Under the pieces are notes generated by a model. That model was given only the letters and a program-made list of their open reading frames with translations. It was not told the DNA's origin and made no database searches. 64,000 bases of DNA. It comes from the human T2T-CHM13v2.0 reference genome, Homo sapiens. The stretch is from NCBI RefSeq assembly GCF_009914755.1, contig NC_060931.1; one strand, written 5' to 3'. Both the position numbers and the translations under genes were made by a program. Each line of letters opens with the position of its first letter. Position 1 is the first letter of the stretch. Shown piece after piece: positions 13,624-27,389 of this stretch.

Positions 13624-14271
13624 TAAAGCAGTCATTGTCTGGGATAGATACCTGAGGTTCCTTGCCTCATGCCAGGGAAATTAAGGACATGGAAACACAA
13701 AAGAAGTGAGTTGAAGAGCAGAGGTTTAATAGGAGAAAGAAAGAGAAAAGAGAATAGCTTTTTTCCTTGCAGGGAGAGATGGGTGCCCCAGTGGGTCTTC
13801 CGTGCCCCTGGTAAAGTGCACAGGGTTGTACAGATTGGCTTGAGGAGGTAGTGCCTGATTTACATAGGGCCCAAAGATTGGTTGGACCAGGTGTGACGCT
13901 TACATAGTACTGCGAAGAAGCTTGTCACTCCACCCTAATCTTTTTATTATGCAAATAGGTTTTGTACTTGGCTGGCGCCATGTTGTCTGCTCCTTACCGT
14001 ACACGTGGTTAGCAAAGAAAAGGGAACATGGAACCACCGTTTTGAACATGCCTAGTCCCCAGGTAGCCCCTTTCCTATTGGCACAACTGCTGGCATTTAC
14101 CTGTGCAAGCTTCTAGCTTGCCTTTCCATGACTGCAGCTTGATTTTACAGACTGCTTTTTGTTAGAAAAGAAGATGATTTAGGAGCTGCTTTTCTTTAAA
14201 AGGAAAACCTTACCGAGGACTTCCTTATCCTCATAATCTGCCCAAATAATGCCTTGTTAACTCCTGTATCA
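13624..14271 (-). mobile_element. LTR9-family (HUERS-P3) ERV1 solo LTR
   Basis: Reverse complement starts TGATACAGGAG and contains 'gtcctcggtaaggtt', 'agaagcttgcac', 'aacatggcgcc' and 'ggtccaaccaatctttgggccctatgtaaatcag'. Confidence 0.88.
13942..13956 (+). promoter_or_regulatory. Octamer (ATGCAAAT) with adjacent SOX-like AT half-site, inside LTR9
   Basis: ttttattATGCAAAT, with the perfect octamer at 13949-13956. Motif match only. Confidence 0.4.
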
Positions 14272-14400
14272 TTACCATTATTAATAATCTTCCATTAAAA
14301 ATGAAAAATCAGACAAATGCAAACAGGACCTATGGTGACAATATTTTTCGACCACATCTCCATTCCCCACTCTACCTCCATTCACTCTCCAGCTTGCTGA

Positions 14401-14785
<385 letters not shown>

Positions 14786-16289
14786 TGGCTCCGTTTCTTT
14801 TAAAATGTATGCAAAATGATCTCATGTGAAACAGAAAACTTTGGTGGCATGTCTAAATATCCATGCTTACTTAATCAGTATTACCTCTCTTAATTAACAT
14901 CTTTGCTATAGAAACAATATTCTCTCACACTGCACAACTTTTCTGCTTATTTCTAAAACTTGACAGGAGGGACAAGAGAAGTTCTCCTTCATTCTAGTTT
15001 GGCTGTAGCTTCTGCAGCTTATCATTGCCAGAGGTTTGAAAAATATAGAACCTTTGGCACGTCCTCAGTCTTACTAAATTCAGTGTTCCCAACAGTCATT
15101 TCCGTTTCTAAAAAGATCCACAGGTAATCCTGATGCATAAAGCAAAGACTGTGTCTTCCTGGTTTCTGTAATGTAAATCAAGACAAGTTATAATTTGGGG
15201 CTTATTGCTGTTAAAATGAAGAAAGAACATGCCCAAGAAATGAAGTTATTATGATTCATGGATATTGGGGTGCCTGGGTGGTTGAAAATGTTTACATAAA
15301 TAGTGCTAGAGTTGTAGAATGTCAAAAAGAAGGCACAATCTGCAAGAGATAAACATCAATGCTTAATTTGCTAATTTTTTCTAATTGTGTCTTGGGGAGG
15401 AAGGAATGTAAGTTGTTAGGAAGAACGGATGGCAGAACTGGAGTGAGATTTGAAAAAAATGTTCTAATAATGAATAGAACGTTTTTTGTTGTTGTTTTTT
15501 TTTTCCACTGAGGCAGGCTTAAGATAGAGCCAAGCTGCTTCCATCATGTTGCTGAAAATTATAACATAAAAAATGTTTTAAGATTCTGAAAGTCAAACTA
15601 GTCTGTTTTTTGCTATTTTATCTTGGGTTTCTGGAGTCTATGACTATGAGAACATGGGCGAGACATTAAAAAGGAAGCTTATTTTCTATTGTTCTCCCGA
15701 ATAAATCCTATTACTGTACACTATAATGTATACCATATGTTAAAGAATTCCAGTCAATGATTCTATTGCAGATTCCACACTGAGGGATTAAATTATATAA
15801 TCACTAGTAAAAATGAAATTTGAAAATATTTAATAAACTATCATGTAAGCTGTTAATGTTAAATACAAGGGTTTATATACTTTAGCAACTAATTGAACAT
15901 CTGATTCATGATTAGGAATGCACATATTGCTAAATATCAGGACTCTGAGACGATTAGATTCAGTTTAACAAAAATAATTTGATGGAATGAGATGATATGG
16001 AAGTAAATGGCATAACTAATAGAGCTAAGGTAATGAGCAAGTCTGGAGGAAACTGACAAGTCCTGTAGCCTCTTTCAGACATATGGCAATCCTATAAGTA
16101 AACTTACGATGTTGCCATTCTTAGAAGGTTTAGAAGTTCTGGACTCATTCACCCTGTCAATTAATCTTATGACTAAAATACTTATCCTGAGAACTTTTTT
16201 TGTATCTTGGAGCATCAAATTGAATTGAAAATACTCTGAACTTAAACTCCTCAGCTTATACTTTTAAAGGCTTGCCTTATTCAGATGTC

Positions 16290-16500
16290 TGACATCGTGG
16301 AATGGGGAAACATCATGGACTTCAATGTTCGACTTCAGAGAGTTTAAATTTTATTTTGGTCACTTATTACATTTCATGGGCCTGTACAAGTTATTTAACC
16401 TCAGACTCAAAATTATCTGCTATAAAGTAGTGTTAACAGCTCCTAACAGGATTGTAGAGACTAAATAAAATAATACTAATAGAGGACTACTCATTAAACA
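16290..16500 (+). mobile_element. MIR SINE (degenerate)
   Basis: Contains 'acaagttatttaacctcag...aggattgtagagactaaataaaataata'. Confidence 0.6.
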
Positions 16501-16632
16501 AATGCTCCTTTCCTCTATCTTTTCTTATGGTAGATTAGGAAAAGTAAATATCTTCATATGATTTGCAAAGTCAGTTTGCATCTCTCCGATAGAAGTGGTG
16601 AGTAATTGACGAGTCCTATTTTTAGGGCTTTC

Positions 16633-16634
<2 letters not shown>

Positions 16635-16706
<72 letters not shown>

Positions 16707-16717
16707 CAGAGAGAGAG
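16635..16717 (+). repeat. (GA)33 microsatellite with imperfect extension
   Basis: Perfect GA run at 16635-16700. Confidence 0.98.
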
Positions 16718-16913
16718 TGTGTTAAAGTCCTTCCAGTAAGCATACATTACATGGTATCACTCAAGATCAATTTACAACATTAATAATAGCTGTATGTTCT
16801 GTCATCATGTATTAGTGCTCTGCAAAAGAAAACTGGACTGGAAAATTAGCAGGGTTAAAGAATAAAGTGAAGAATAAAGTGCCTTGGTTAATAATGCACA
16901 GAGGCCCTAGAAA

Positions 16914-17641
16914 TGTAATCGCCCAATGGGTTCATTGCCTGCTGCCAGGACAGAGCCGATTTATCAAGACAGGGAAATTGTAATAGAGAAAGAGTTCAAT
17001 TCATGCAGAGCCAGCTGAATAGGAGACTGGAGTTTTATTATTACTCAAATCAGTCTCCCTGAAAATTCGGAGACTGGGTTTTTTAAGGATAATTTGGTGG
17101 GTAGGGGGCCAGGGAATGGAGAGTGCTCACTGATCAGGTCAGAGATAAAAATCAAAGAGCCTTGAAGCTATTCTTGGCTGAGTCAGTTCTTGGGTGGGGG
17201 CCACAAGACCAGATGAGTCAGTTTATCCATCTGGGTGGTGCCAGCTGATCCATGGAGTGCAGGAGCTGAAAAATATCTCCAACACCAATCTGAGGTTTCA
17301 CAATAATGATGTTATCCCTAGGAGCAACTGGGGAGAGTTCGAATCTTGTAGCCTCTAGCTGTATGACTCCTAAGCCTATTTTCTAATCTTGTGGCTAATT
17401 TGTTAGTCCCACAAAGGCAGCCTTGTCCCCAGGCAAGAAGGGGGTTTGTTTTAAGAAAGTGCCGTTATCATTTTTGTTTCAAAGGCAAACTATAAGCTAA
17501 GTTCCTACCAAAGTTAGCTCAGCCTGTGCCCAGGAATAAACAAGGACACCTTGGAGGTTAGAAGCAAGATGGAGTCTGTTAGGTCAGATTTCTCATTGTC
17601 TTAATTTTTTCACTGTTATAATTTTTGTATAGGAGGTGTCT
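16914..17641 (-). mobile_element. LTR8-family (LTR8A-like, HUERS-P1) ERV1 solo LTR
   Basis: Contains 'tgtaatcgcccaatgggttc...ggagactggagttttattattactcaaatcagtctccc...ggaggttagaagcaagatggagtc'. Confidence 0.88.
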
Positions 17642-18912
17642 GGAACATTACCTGTCTGGTAACCACTCCCACTTTCATTGGCACAAATTTGTATCTTGAA
17701 AATATCTGTATTTCTAATAGAAAACCATTCACAATCACAGTGAGGTAAACCCAAGAGAGAAGAGAGAGAATAGACAGAATTCAATTTACTCAAAGAAAAC
17801 TGAACTTCACCACAAAAGGATCTTTTCTCATTTGGGGGAATTATTTATTAACATTTCTATTATTAAACTCATTTTTAGGCTAATCCTATAAATTCACATA
17901 TATTAAAGCATATACACATATTTATGTATCATTCCTTGGGGAATCATTAAGCTCTTCTGACATACTAAACAACTATGTAAAGATTAGCAAAAAGTCTCTT
18001 TTCTTTGCCATTACTGAAGAATGTGTTTTACCCACTGAAAAGTCTCTAGAATGTAGAATCAGGGTCTTGAGAATGTTTATGCCTTAAATTTCCTAATTTC
18101 AAGCCAGCAGAGGGCTCCCTACTGTAACATGATTCTGTATATATATACAAAATTCTGTGAAAATTGTTGTTAAGGGACAAAAGCAGGATTCAATATATGT
18201 TATAGGCTTACGTATTGTCTATAACTATGTGTTAAATTAAGAAGTATAAAAAGAATGAAGCAAAGCCAAACCCACTTCTGATACTTGAGATAGAATGTGT
18301 TGCTTTTTCATCATGCAAAATTTAATCTTCCTCTGCTGTTCCAGTTTGAAAACTAAATATGCTTCAATTCTGTATCCTCAGTTCACATAGACACCTGCAG
18401 TCTGATTCTCTTAATACTCTATATTTTTGTCCATTCAAAGATTAAATAATGTATTGCTAATATGAGATTATCTAAGTCAGGCTCCTTAACCCAGTGATAC
18501 ATAGGCAAAGCTCAATGAAGAACAGCATTAGTTTTTTTTAGTACATGTGTCTTTGATTATTTAAATTACTAAATTTTATTATTAAATTATTAAATTTTAA
18601 CTTGATTTCAAGAAATATTGGATAAATGAAAAATAAAGATTTTTTTCTAACTTTTTCCAGTTCTCATTCTTTGGACTTCATCCTGCTTATCCCTGTCAGT
18701 TCCCTCCTAACGAAACACTTGGTGGATTTTTACAATCCCAATGAACAATGTACACACAACACCTTGGGTAATTTTATTTAGAGAATTAACATTGTTCTGA
18801 TAACTTTAAATAATGCAGAATTGCTGCATGCTGCCCAGTCTGCCAAAACAAATTGACCAAGCATATTAGAGAAATGTATGACAAAGTAACCTGTTGAAAA
18901 AACTAATTCTGA

Positions 18913-19235
<323 letters not shown>

Positions 19236-20013
19236 TCAGTGATGTCTTTTTCTGGAATGCAGCTTCTTAGGTTATATGGATTGCAAAGGTAACTGTGGCC
19301 TTAGGAAGACAACCAATGTAATACATTTTTATGACTACAAACATGTATCTATGCATAATTTTAGCAAACATCAAAGGAAACATTGTTTTCAAATTGATGT
19401 AAAGGCAATATTCCTTCTTGTTTTTACTGTTTTTAAGTTTCATCCCTTCTTTTTATACTTGTCATATAAGGCTATCAGTTAATATAACATCATTATATTT
19501 GAAATCTTTTTTTAATTGTAGTAAAGGGGGGAAGTAACCAAAACTGACTTTAATTTTTAATAGAAAATAACAAATGTGAAAGGCAAACAATAGTAAATAA
19601 GTAATTTTACTTTTCATTGAAGAAATAGTTCATATAAGCATTACATAAAATAATTACATTTTAATATGCAGTCATAATATGCGTGTGGACAACTCATTAA
19701 AAGAAGAGAATTATGTACAAATTCAGGTTATTTCCAAGGGTGAGAGGTGAGTTGTTTCATGCTTCTAACTCCCCAGAAAGCAATGCAAATGGAAAAAACA
19801 ATCTGAAGAAATAAAACACAAAGAGAAAAAAAAATTAGAAGTGAATCAATACTATTGCTCAACTGAATTAAAAATATTTCCCTAGAGGAAAATGAACATG
19901 GACATTTTAGGGAGTCAAGTTATTAAATTAAATCTAGCAATTGTTCACTGATAGAACTTAGCCAATTTAACTTAAAACATGGTGTGTGAAGACAGGAGCA
20001 GGAGTTAAGAAGT

Positions 20014-20019
20014 TTTATT
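20014..20019 (-). terminator. Candidate poly(A) signal AATAAA
   Basis: Plus-strand tttatt, downstream of the candidate acceptor at 21077. The hexamer is common in AT-rich DNA. Confidence 0.2.
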
Positions 20020-20898
20020 TCTGTGGCTTGTTTCTTATATTCACAAATCTGGGTCATTTCAAGGAATGAGGCTAGACAAGTTAGATATTCAGACATTTCT
20101 TCTGACATTTGGAGATACAGCATGCTGTATGCATTATACTAGATGATCTAATTGCTTATATAGGTTAAGAAACCTTTGGAATAGGAGAAGTAAAAACACT
20201 GTTAAAGAATCCCTCCAAGTCAGTATGATCTAGCTTACTATGAATTTCGCCCAATGTGAATTAAATTCTAAACACTGCTGATGATTTACCTCCTCAGTCT
20301 TTTGATTTTATCAGGTGTAAAAATGTAACTGCAAATTTCTTTCACACTGAAGACTTAACTGAATCATATTAAGCAGCCTGAAAATTTCATTGAGTTTGTT
20401 CAATCCAGGCTCTGGTCATGGTCTTTGCACCATCAGATTTCCCAAAAGTAAACACTTCCCTATGCTCTTACCTAGGCACCGACAATTAAAACTATAGGAT
20501 TGCTTTCCTGATCACCATTTTAGGTGGTTGGGTAACTGGAATGATGATGAAAGCAAACAATGCCAAAACAACCAGAGTTATTGGGATAGCTGTGCAGGAG
20601 TTTCTCTATATTTTTCATGTATGTGTATACTTCCCCTCCATACTATTAAAATAGGACCAGATGCCTCTCCCCAAGAAGAATATCACTATACCTGGAAGAT
20701 TCACTGAAATATACAAACAGAGAACATTTAATTAAGAAGATGAAGGCATGGGAGCATTCTGGTGTGGGGAACTCCGGTGAAGTCAAGACTGTTAACTGAG
20801 GACAGCTGTTAACTCACAGAAAATACCTTGAACTATGCTGATTTTGCTATTAAAGCATGAATGAGGAAAAAACATCACCAACAACCAAAATACAAATG

Positions 20899-20901
<3 letters not shown>

Positions 20902-20939
<38 letters not shown>
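20902..20939 (+). repeat. A38 mononucleotide run not attached to a recognisable SINE or LINE
   Basis: 38 consecutive A. Confidence 0.97.
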
Positions 20940-20941
<2 letters not shown>

Positions 20942-21478
20942 CTCCCAAACAAGGATGTTTCCATTTATGAGTGGGTTGTTCAGTTTCATATGAACCTCCT
21001 GGATCTTTCTAGAGAACCATCATCCTTCACATTAGTCAGGTTGATGGACTTCTTCAAATTCATGCATTCCTTTTAGCCTATAACACCCACAATATGAAAA
21101 AATACTAAAAATAAAATCAGCAGTTATATTGAAGGAGAAGTCAAGAATAATATTAACGTCTTGGAGTTGCCTCAGAAGTCAAATACAATATATTTAAAGG
21201 CTGGTTTTGATTTTGTTTCTTTTGACTGTAATTCAAGAGAAATGACCTCATGGCACTTCTTCTGATGGTGCCAGGTAAAATAATACTGCGCTGGGGGGAG
21301 TATTTTTGAAAGCTCTTAGACTTGTGCAATGAGTTGCATTTGTCCATGAAAATGGGTTAATGCTGAGAGGGGCGCTGAGAAGATAGCTTTTCAAGTGAGA
21401 CAGAGATGATAAATCTATAATATCAGAGTAAATAATTTACTTTAGATCCAGAATATTCAGCAAGCAACTAATACATAC

Positions 21479-21554
21479 CTTGTGTTGTGCAGGGTGCTGG
21501 AATCTAAGCTATATTTGGCACTAGAAGTCTTTATTGGTTACAAGGATGATCTCC
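21479..21554 (-). other. Candidate 76-nt internal exon (stops in all three frames)
   Basis: Acceptor 'actcagccttccctcag|GGAGATC' and donor 'ACAAG|gtatgt'. Confidence 0.35.
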
Positions 21555-22069
21555 CTGAGGGAAGGCTGAGTACAATTACTTCAGTGAAACCTCATAAGTT
21601 GTATATAAAGTTTTCGGAGTATTCTCATAAATCTCATAATTCTCCTCTTTTCCATTCTCAATTCCCCTAGACTATCCATACTTTCATCTCGACTTCCAGT
21701 ACTATTAAAAATTTTTACCTAAATAGGAAGTGGAAAAGATTACAAGTCTAGTTATGCCTTGTTATTAATCCACCACTTTCCACTAAATCTTTCCACCTTT
21801 GAAACTGTGATTCACATCCTTTATCCTCTAGGACCTACCTCTAAGTAAATCACAAAAATCTTCCCTTTTCCAATTATCTGAAATGCTTTCAAATTCCTAC
21901 CGAAAATGCAGTACTGAAGTTAGCAGTCTTATTTTTTTTTTCTTTTCTTTTTTTTTGGTTGTTTTTTTGCTTGCTTGCTTGTTTCAGGCTCCTATGTGTT
22001 ATCCCTTCAAAGAGATGTACAACTGGTTAAGCCTAGGAGTCAGGATCAGATTATATTAATGTGCAATGA

Positions 22070-22290
22070 AGACCTTTGCTTAGGCCAGCACTGTCCCACA
22101 TGCCTTTATTAGATTATGTCATCTAATTCTCATGACAAACTTTGGTGTACTGGTATCCAATTTGGCAGTGAGACAGTAGGAACTCAAAATTCATGTGGTT
22201 ATACCAAGGAATCACAAAACTACTAAATATCAGAGCTAGAATAAAGTTTTACATTTACCCCAAGAAAATCTAACTGCAAAACCTAGGAAA
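22070..22290 (-). mobile_element. MIR SINE (degenerate)
   Basis: Contains 'gccagcactgtccc...catctaattctcatgacaa...ccaaggaatcacaaaactactaaatatcagagctag'. Confidence 0.6.
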
Positions 22291-23314
22291 TCATTTCAAA
22301 GAATATGAACATCCATAGTGAATTCATTTCCTTTTCTGTAGTCATCACCTAGATTTTCCTAGTTATTTTTCTTCTTGTGTCAGTAACCGCTAGGCTTCTG
22401 AGACCTTTTCACTATCAATATTTTAAGAACAAATTTGGAATTTTTATATATAATAAAATCCAGATTGGCAAAGGATCATAGAAATAAAATAACATAAATG
22501 TGCCCTTCTAAAAATATGTGACTCTGAAATATTCACCATTCCATTAGAAAATATTTCAGTAGAAGAAAACAGAGTTAATTTTACACTTTAGAATATATGT
22601 GTTTATATATAAATATTACATACAATGTATAGATTCAAATATATATTGCACTATAATTTTAAGCCAGAAAATTATTTAACATAGAGTCAATATAACCACC
22701 TGATTACCGTAGTCACTCCATTTAAAATTTTCCTTGTCCAACTGTTCTCTTGATTTTTGTATTACGCCATTTATTTTAGGTCTCCTTAGTTGATTAGATT
22801 AAATATGTCACTTTACTTGATAGTTCATTAACACATTTCTCAAATATTTGTTAAATAAATACAGAATTCCTACTTAGGCTAGTGAAAGAATAGATGAAAA
22901 CTGTAGACTTCTTATTTTGCAATATTTGTCTCTAATCTACATATATGATGTTTCCGGATACATACAAACTCAATGCACACTTATTGTATCCTAGTTCTAG
23001 GCAAGTCCCATGATTTTAACAGCTGGATTCTAAATATAAAGCAGAGGAAGTTCATTCTTAGTGTCAAGCCGTCCTTGTGCTAACACATCATTAGTAGTCC
23101 TTGTCTTCAGGCTATTTCCTTGACTTCCCAGGAACCTCAACTCTGATGCCTGAACTTTTGGCCTGTACAGATGCTGTCATGTTTCCACCATGCCTTTCCA
23201 AAAAGTTCATCAATTGGCAGGTGGCTAATCTGTCAGTAATCCATATTAAAATTTTAATGGGGACTGGTGTTTTATTCTGCTGCTCCTCTCAGTTATGTGT
23301 GTGTGTGTTTGTTG

Positions 23315-23440
23315 CTTTTGTTTTAAGAGACAAGGTCTTGCTATGTTGCCCAAACTGGACTCGAACTCCTGGGCTCAAGCACTCCTCCCATCTCAGCCTC
23401 CCTAGTTGGGCCTATAGGGACATATCATCTCACCCAGGTT
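23315..23440 (-). mobile_element. FLAM (free left Alu monomer)
   Basis: Single monomer 'agagacaaggtcttgctatgttgccca...ctcgaactcctgggctcaagc...ctcagcctccc'. Confidence 0.85.
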
Positions 23441-25082
23441 TATGTCTGTGTTTTGAGAGGCCTTATTCAAAATGGCTCTAATGAAGAGGAAATCAAGCAT
23501 CTAATCTTAAAGGAGAGAGAATAGTGTGCTTGTTGCATGCTCTCAAATTGCAAACCCTCAAATTACAAAGAAATGTGGTGGATTTGACTTATACCTATGT
23601 ACATATCTGTCTCTTCTGGTTTTAATACACTTACTATATTTATCAATAAGCAACCAGAAGAGAAAAGAAAAACAAATATCACTTTGTGCAGTGGAAAGTT
23701 CCAATTACAACTAGCTAGGGATCTTCCACAGCCTTTGTGGTAGTGATGAAATAAGACTTTTCAAATAATTCAGCCTTCAGATAAGCTTACAAATAAAATG
23801 AAAGCTTTAATGTACTTGAATAATTATTCACAAGAGAAAAAAAATCTCTGAAATTGCTAATTTTTTTGGTCTCCCAAACATGTATTTATGTCACAAAGAT
23901 TAAAATAGAAAACATTCATTGAGATATATCTTATTTAATTTTATATGGATTGCCAGCAGTGGTATGAATATGTATATCCCTGAATCACTAATAAGATGAA
24001 TAAACATGTTAAATGAGCTAAGTCATTTTGCTGAATGATAAAGTCACTTACTCTACTTTGTAAAGGAAGAAATTTGAGTTACTTTAAGTATAAAATGGCA
24101 TTTTCGTGAAGATGTCAGACTTAGTCATTTTACAACAAATTGAAGGGTTATTACTATTTAGTGAATTATATGTTTTCAGCCAAATATAGGTTTATATACT
24201 TATTTCCTAAAATTTCCCTAAAATTTTTAAGAATTAGAATATTAGAATAACTATTTTGTATTCTAAACAAATGTATACCCTGGCCCTAAATGGAAGAGTA
24301 CATTTTTCTGAAAAATTGTTTCTGTAGTATCAGTGAGGTTTATAAAATACCAGTTAACTATTTAATAGAACTAAAACAATCGCAACAGTAAGAATTGATT
24401 TAAAGGAAACACATTAAATATGGAGTACTTTTTTCCTAAATTATTTAAAGAAAACTAAAGGTAATCCTTTGTTAAATACACTTTTTAACACAATGTTTTG
24501 GTTTTTTTTGAGATGACCATTGTCAGCTGTACAGATAAGAACCCAAAGAGAGATTAAGCCTGAACTGCTCCAAAATATCTCTATTTCCTATGAGCGCAAG
24601 AGGACAAATAAGCACAATGGAACTAGAATATAAATTAGAGCCAAATGTACCATAGCTCTTTAGGAACTGGAAACATCAGAAATACATTAGATAATTATAG
24701 ATTTTTTTTCTAGAATTTTGCAAGAACCCAGTTTCACAAATGCCAACTTACAAGAAATTGAGAATTGTTTTCACTTTGAAAATATTCTATAAACATATTT
24801 ATTCATATTCAGAAAAAGGGAAAGAAAATGTTGAAGAAATAAATTACAAATACTGCATCTATGACTTTGAAATCTTGCATTATCTCTTTGTGCTTATTTC
24901 TATACCCCATTCAAGAGAGAACACAATCACAGCTATGTTTAATATGAGGCCTTTTAAGGTTTTTTCCTATCTAAATTTTAAATCAAACAGTATTACATTA
25001 GTTTATAAATATATATCACAGTTCTTAGCTGATGAAAAACAATGTAAAAAGAAAGTTCATGTGAATGACCATGTGATAACAT

Positions 25083-25160
25083 CACCTTATTGAAAAGAAT
25101 ATCAATAGTATCAGAAGAGGTTTTTGTGTGCTTGTTGCACACCTTATTGAAAAGAATATC
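25083..25160 (+). repeat. 21-bp perfect direct repeat with 36-bp spacer
   Basis: caccttattgaaaagaatatc at 25083-25103 and 25140-25160. Confidence 0.9.
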
Positions 25161-26096
25161 CTTCAATCAATAAGTATCTACTGATACTCATTTTCTAACA
25201 GGAGAAAATACTAAACATAACGCAATCAAGTTTTAAAAAGATAAATACAAAATACACATTAAAACAGAGTTTTCACTGCTCCAGCTGAACTCCGAAAATG
25301 GAAACATCAGATTTTCACTATTTTACTATTTAATGGGGGCAAAAGACACTTATAATTAGAGTAACAAAAAGTACTAGCTTAATTTACACAACAAATGCAG
25401 AATCTTTCATTTCACGCATTATTTCAGTTCCCTAATTTTATACAATTATTTACTCACTTCTAAAGGTCTAAACTGCCTAAGAAAGTGTGCATCCTTTTGG
25501 ACACTACTACAGAAGAGAAGCCTATGGTTCATCCAGACCGCATTTCAACTATCACGATAACATTTGAAAACCATAAATATTAGCCACAAGATTAGAGATC
25601 ATTTAGAGGTCTCCAGAGCCTACCCATAATTCAGAGAATATACTTTAATACGGTTGGCATGAATTAGCTACTGCACATGTAAACCCATCTGGTTAAAATT
25701 GTATAAACCATAGTTAGCATAAAGTGAAAATAGATGCTACATTTCTCAAAAACATCTGTGAATTTTTAATCTTTGATTTGGAAGTTATGAATAAAGTGTT
25801 TTTAAAAGATGGCCCTAAAAATTCCAATATTACCAACCCTTGTTCTAAGAGAATGACAACTCAATAATGTGGATTTTTAAATTGTCTTTGAATAACTACT
25901 AGATTCTTGCCTTTCCTTATAAACACCGACACACTTCTATTTACATTGTTTTCCTGGAGAATTTCTAAATATTTTGATACACATACTCTTGATGTTCTGA
26001 CCTAACTTCTCAATTTTTACCAGCTTAGATTGTTATATTTTTAGTTTAACTTTGTCAAAAGGTCAGGTACATAGACACTAGCATAAAGTGAAAATA

Positions 26097-26427
<331 letters not shown>

Positions 26428-27389
26428 TTACCACAACTAACACACAGAGAAAACTTAGAGACAACCAAACTTGATTATGTCTGCGATTTATAAATCATGA
26501 ATCACAAATTATGCCTGTGATTTATAAATAATGAATATATTCATGGGGTGTCCAGAAAATGTGCCTTGTTTAAATTGAAGCTTGAATTTGTAGTTTTCTA
26601 ATCATCCAAGTTCTTAATGCTACAGAAGAGTGACTTTTTGGACTTTTTCTTAAACACTACAGGGCAGAAACAGTAAGGATACATAGAGAGAGGGTTGCAA
26701 TAAGGTCAAATTAATAAAGGACCAAATATCATTTGTGAGAAGAAACATTTGGAAGAACACTGACCATCATGTTGGCATAAGTATCTTAGTAAAGGTGTAC
26801 TTTAGAGAAATAATCTTTTTCCACCAATAATCTTCCTCTGGTGCTCACCATGGAACCTCATGTTCTTTACTTTTTATGGATATGAGAAGAAAATTTTTTA
26901 AAAATCAGGGCTATAAAAAACTTTTAAGAATGGTCTGTTTTAGTTTTTATAAAGTTGGGAATAAAACAAGAGCAGAAAAATAACAAGGCATTTGGTGAAC
27001 ATTATACCTAGCTTGACTCTCTGCTGAGATTTTTTATGCATTAAAATTAGTGATGGGCAAACCATTCAAAATAACCTGCACCCATGCTCTGAAAACTATG
27101 ATAGCACTATTTTTTGAAGTATAAGATAGTTCTGTGAATTTAAAAATTCTTTAACTTTCTTATTTTACTCATATTTCTGTAAATAAGTTCTAGCTACAAG
27201 TAGAAACAATTTCATTTAATTTTTCTGCATACGCCTAACATTGGCACAAAATTGTTTGCCTCATATCCAGCATGTTTTGAAACAGAAGATTTTTGAATAA
27301 GATGTTGCTGGATTCATCATAGACCTTAAGTGTCCTAACAGAACTCTCTTGAATGATGAGAAACACGACATTTAATCTAAATTCAAAGT

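Larger units (their letters stand above)
20000..21077 (-). other. Candidate terminal exon / 3'UTR of an unidentified minus-strand transcript
   Basis: U-rich acceptor 'tttttagtattttttcatattgtgggtgttatag|GCTAAAAGG' at 21077, repeat-free AU-rich body, AATAAA at 20019-20014. Confidence 0.3.

Noticed and set aside
10576-14116. Overlapping ORFs at 10576-10937 and 13669-14116
   Set aside because: They lie inside solo LTRs; no gag/pol/env similarity and no internal ERV sequence is present.
21250-21414. Alternative minus-strand acceptor at 21414 with an open frame (LSSLSHLKSY...SEEVP*)
   Set aside because: It would need a 64-nt intron from the 21479 donor, its pyrimidine tract is poor, and I recognise no homology.
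25083-25160. Repeat-spacer-repeat geometry reminiscent of a CRISPR unit
   Set aside because: Only two repeats, primate DNA, no cas genes; a simple local duplication.
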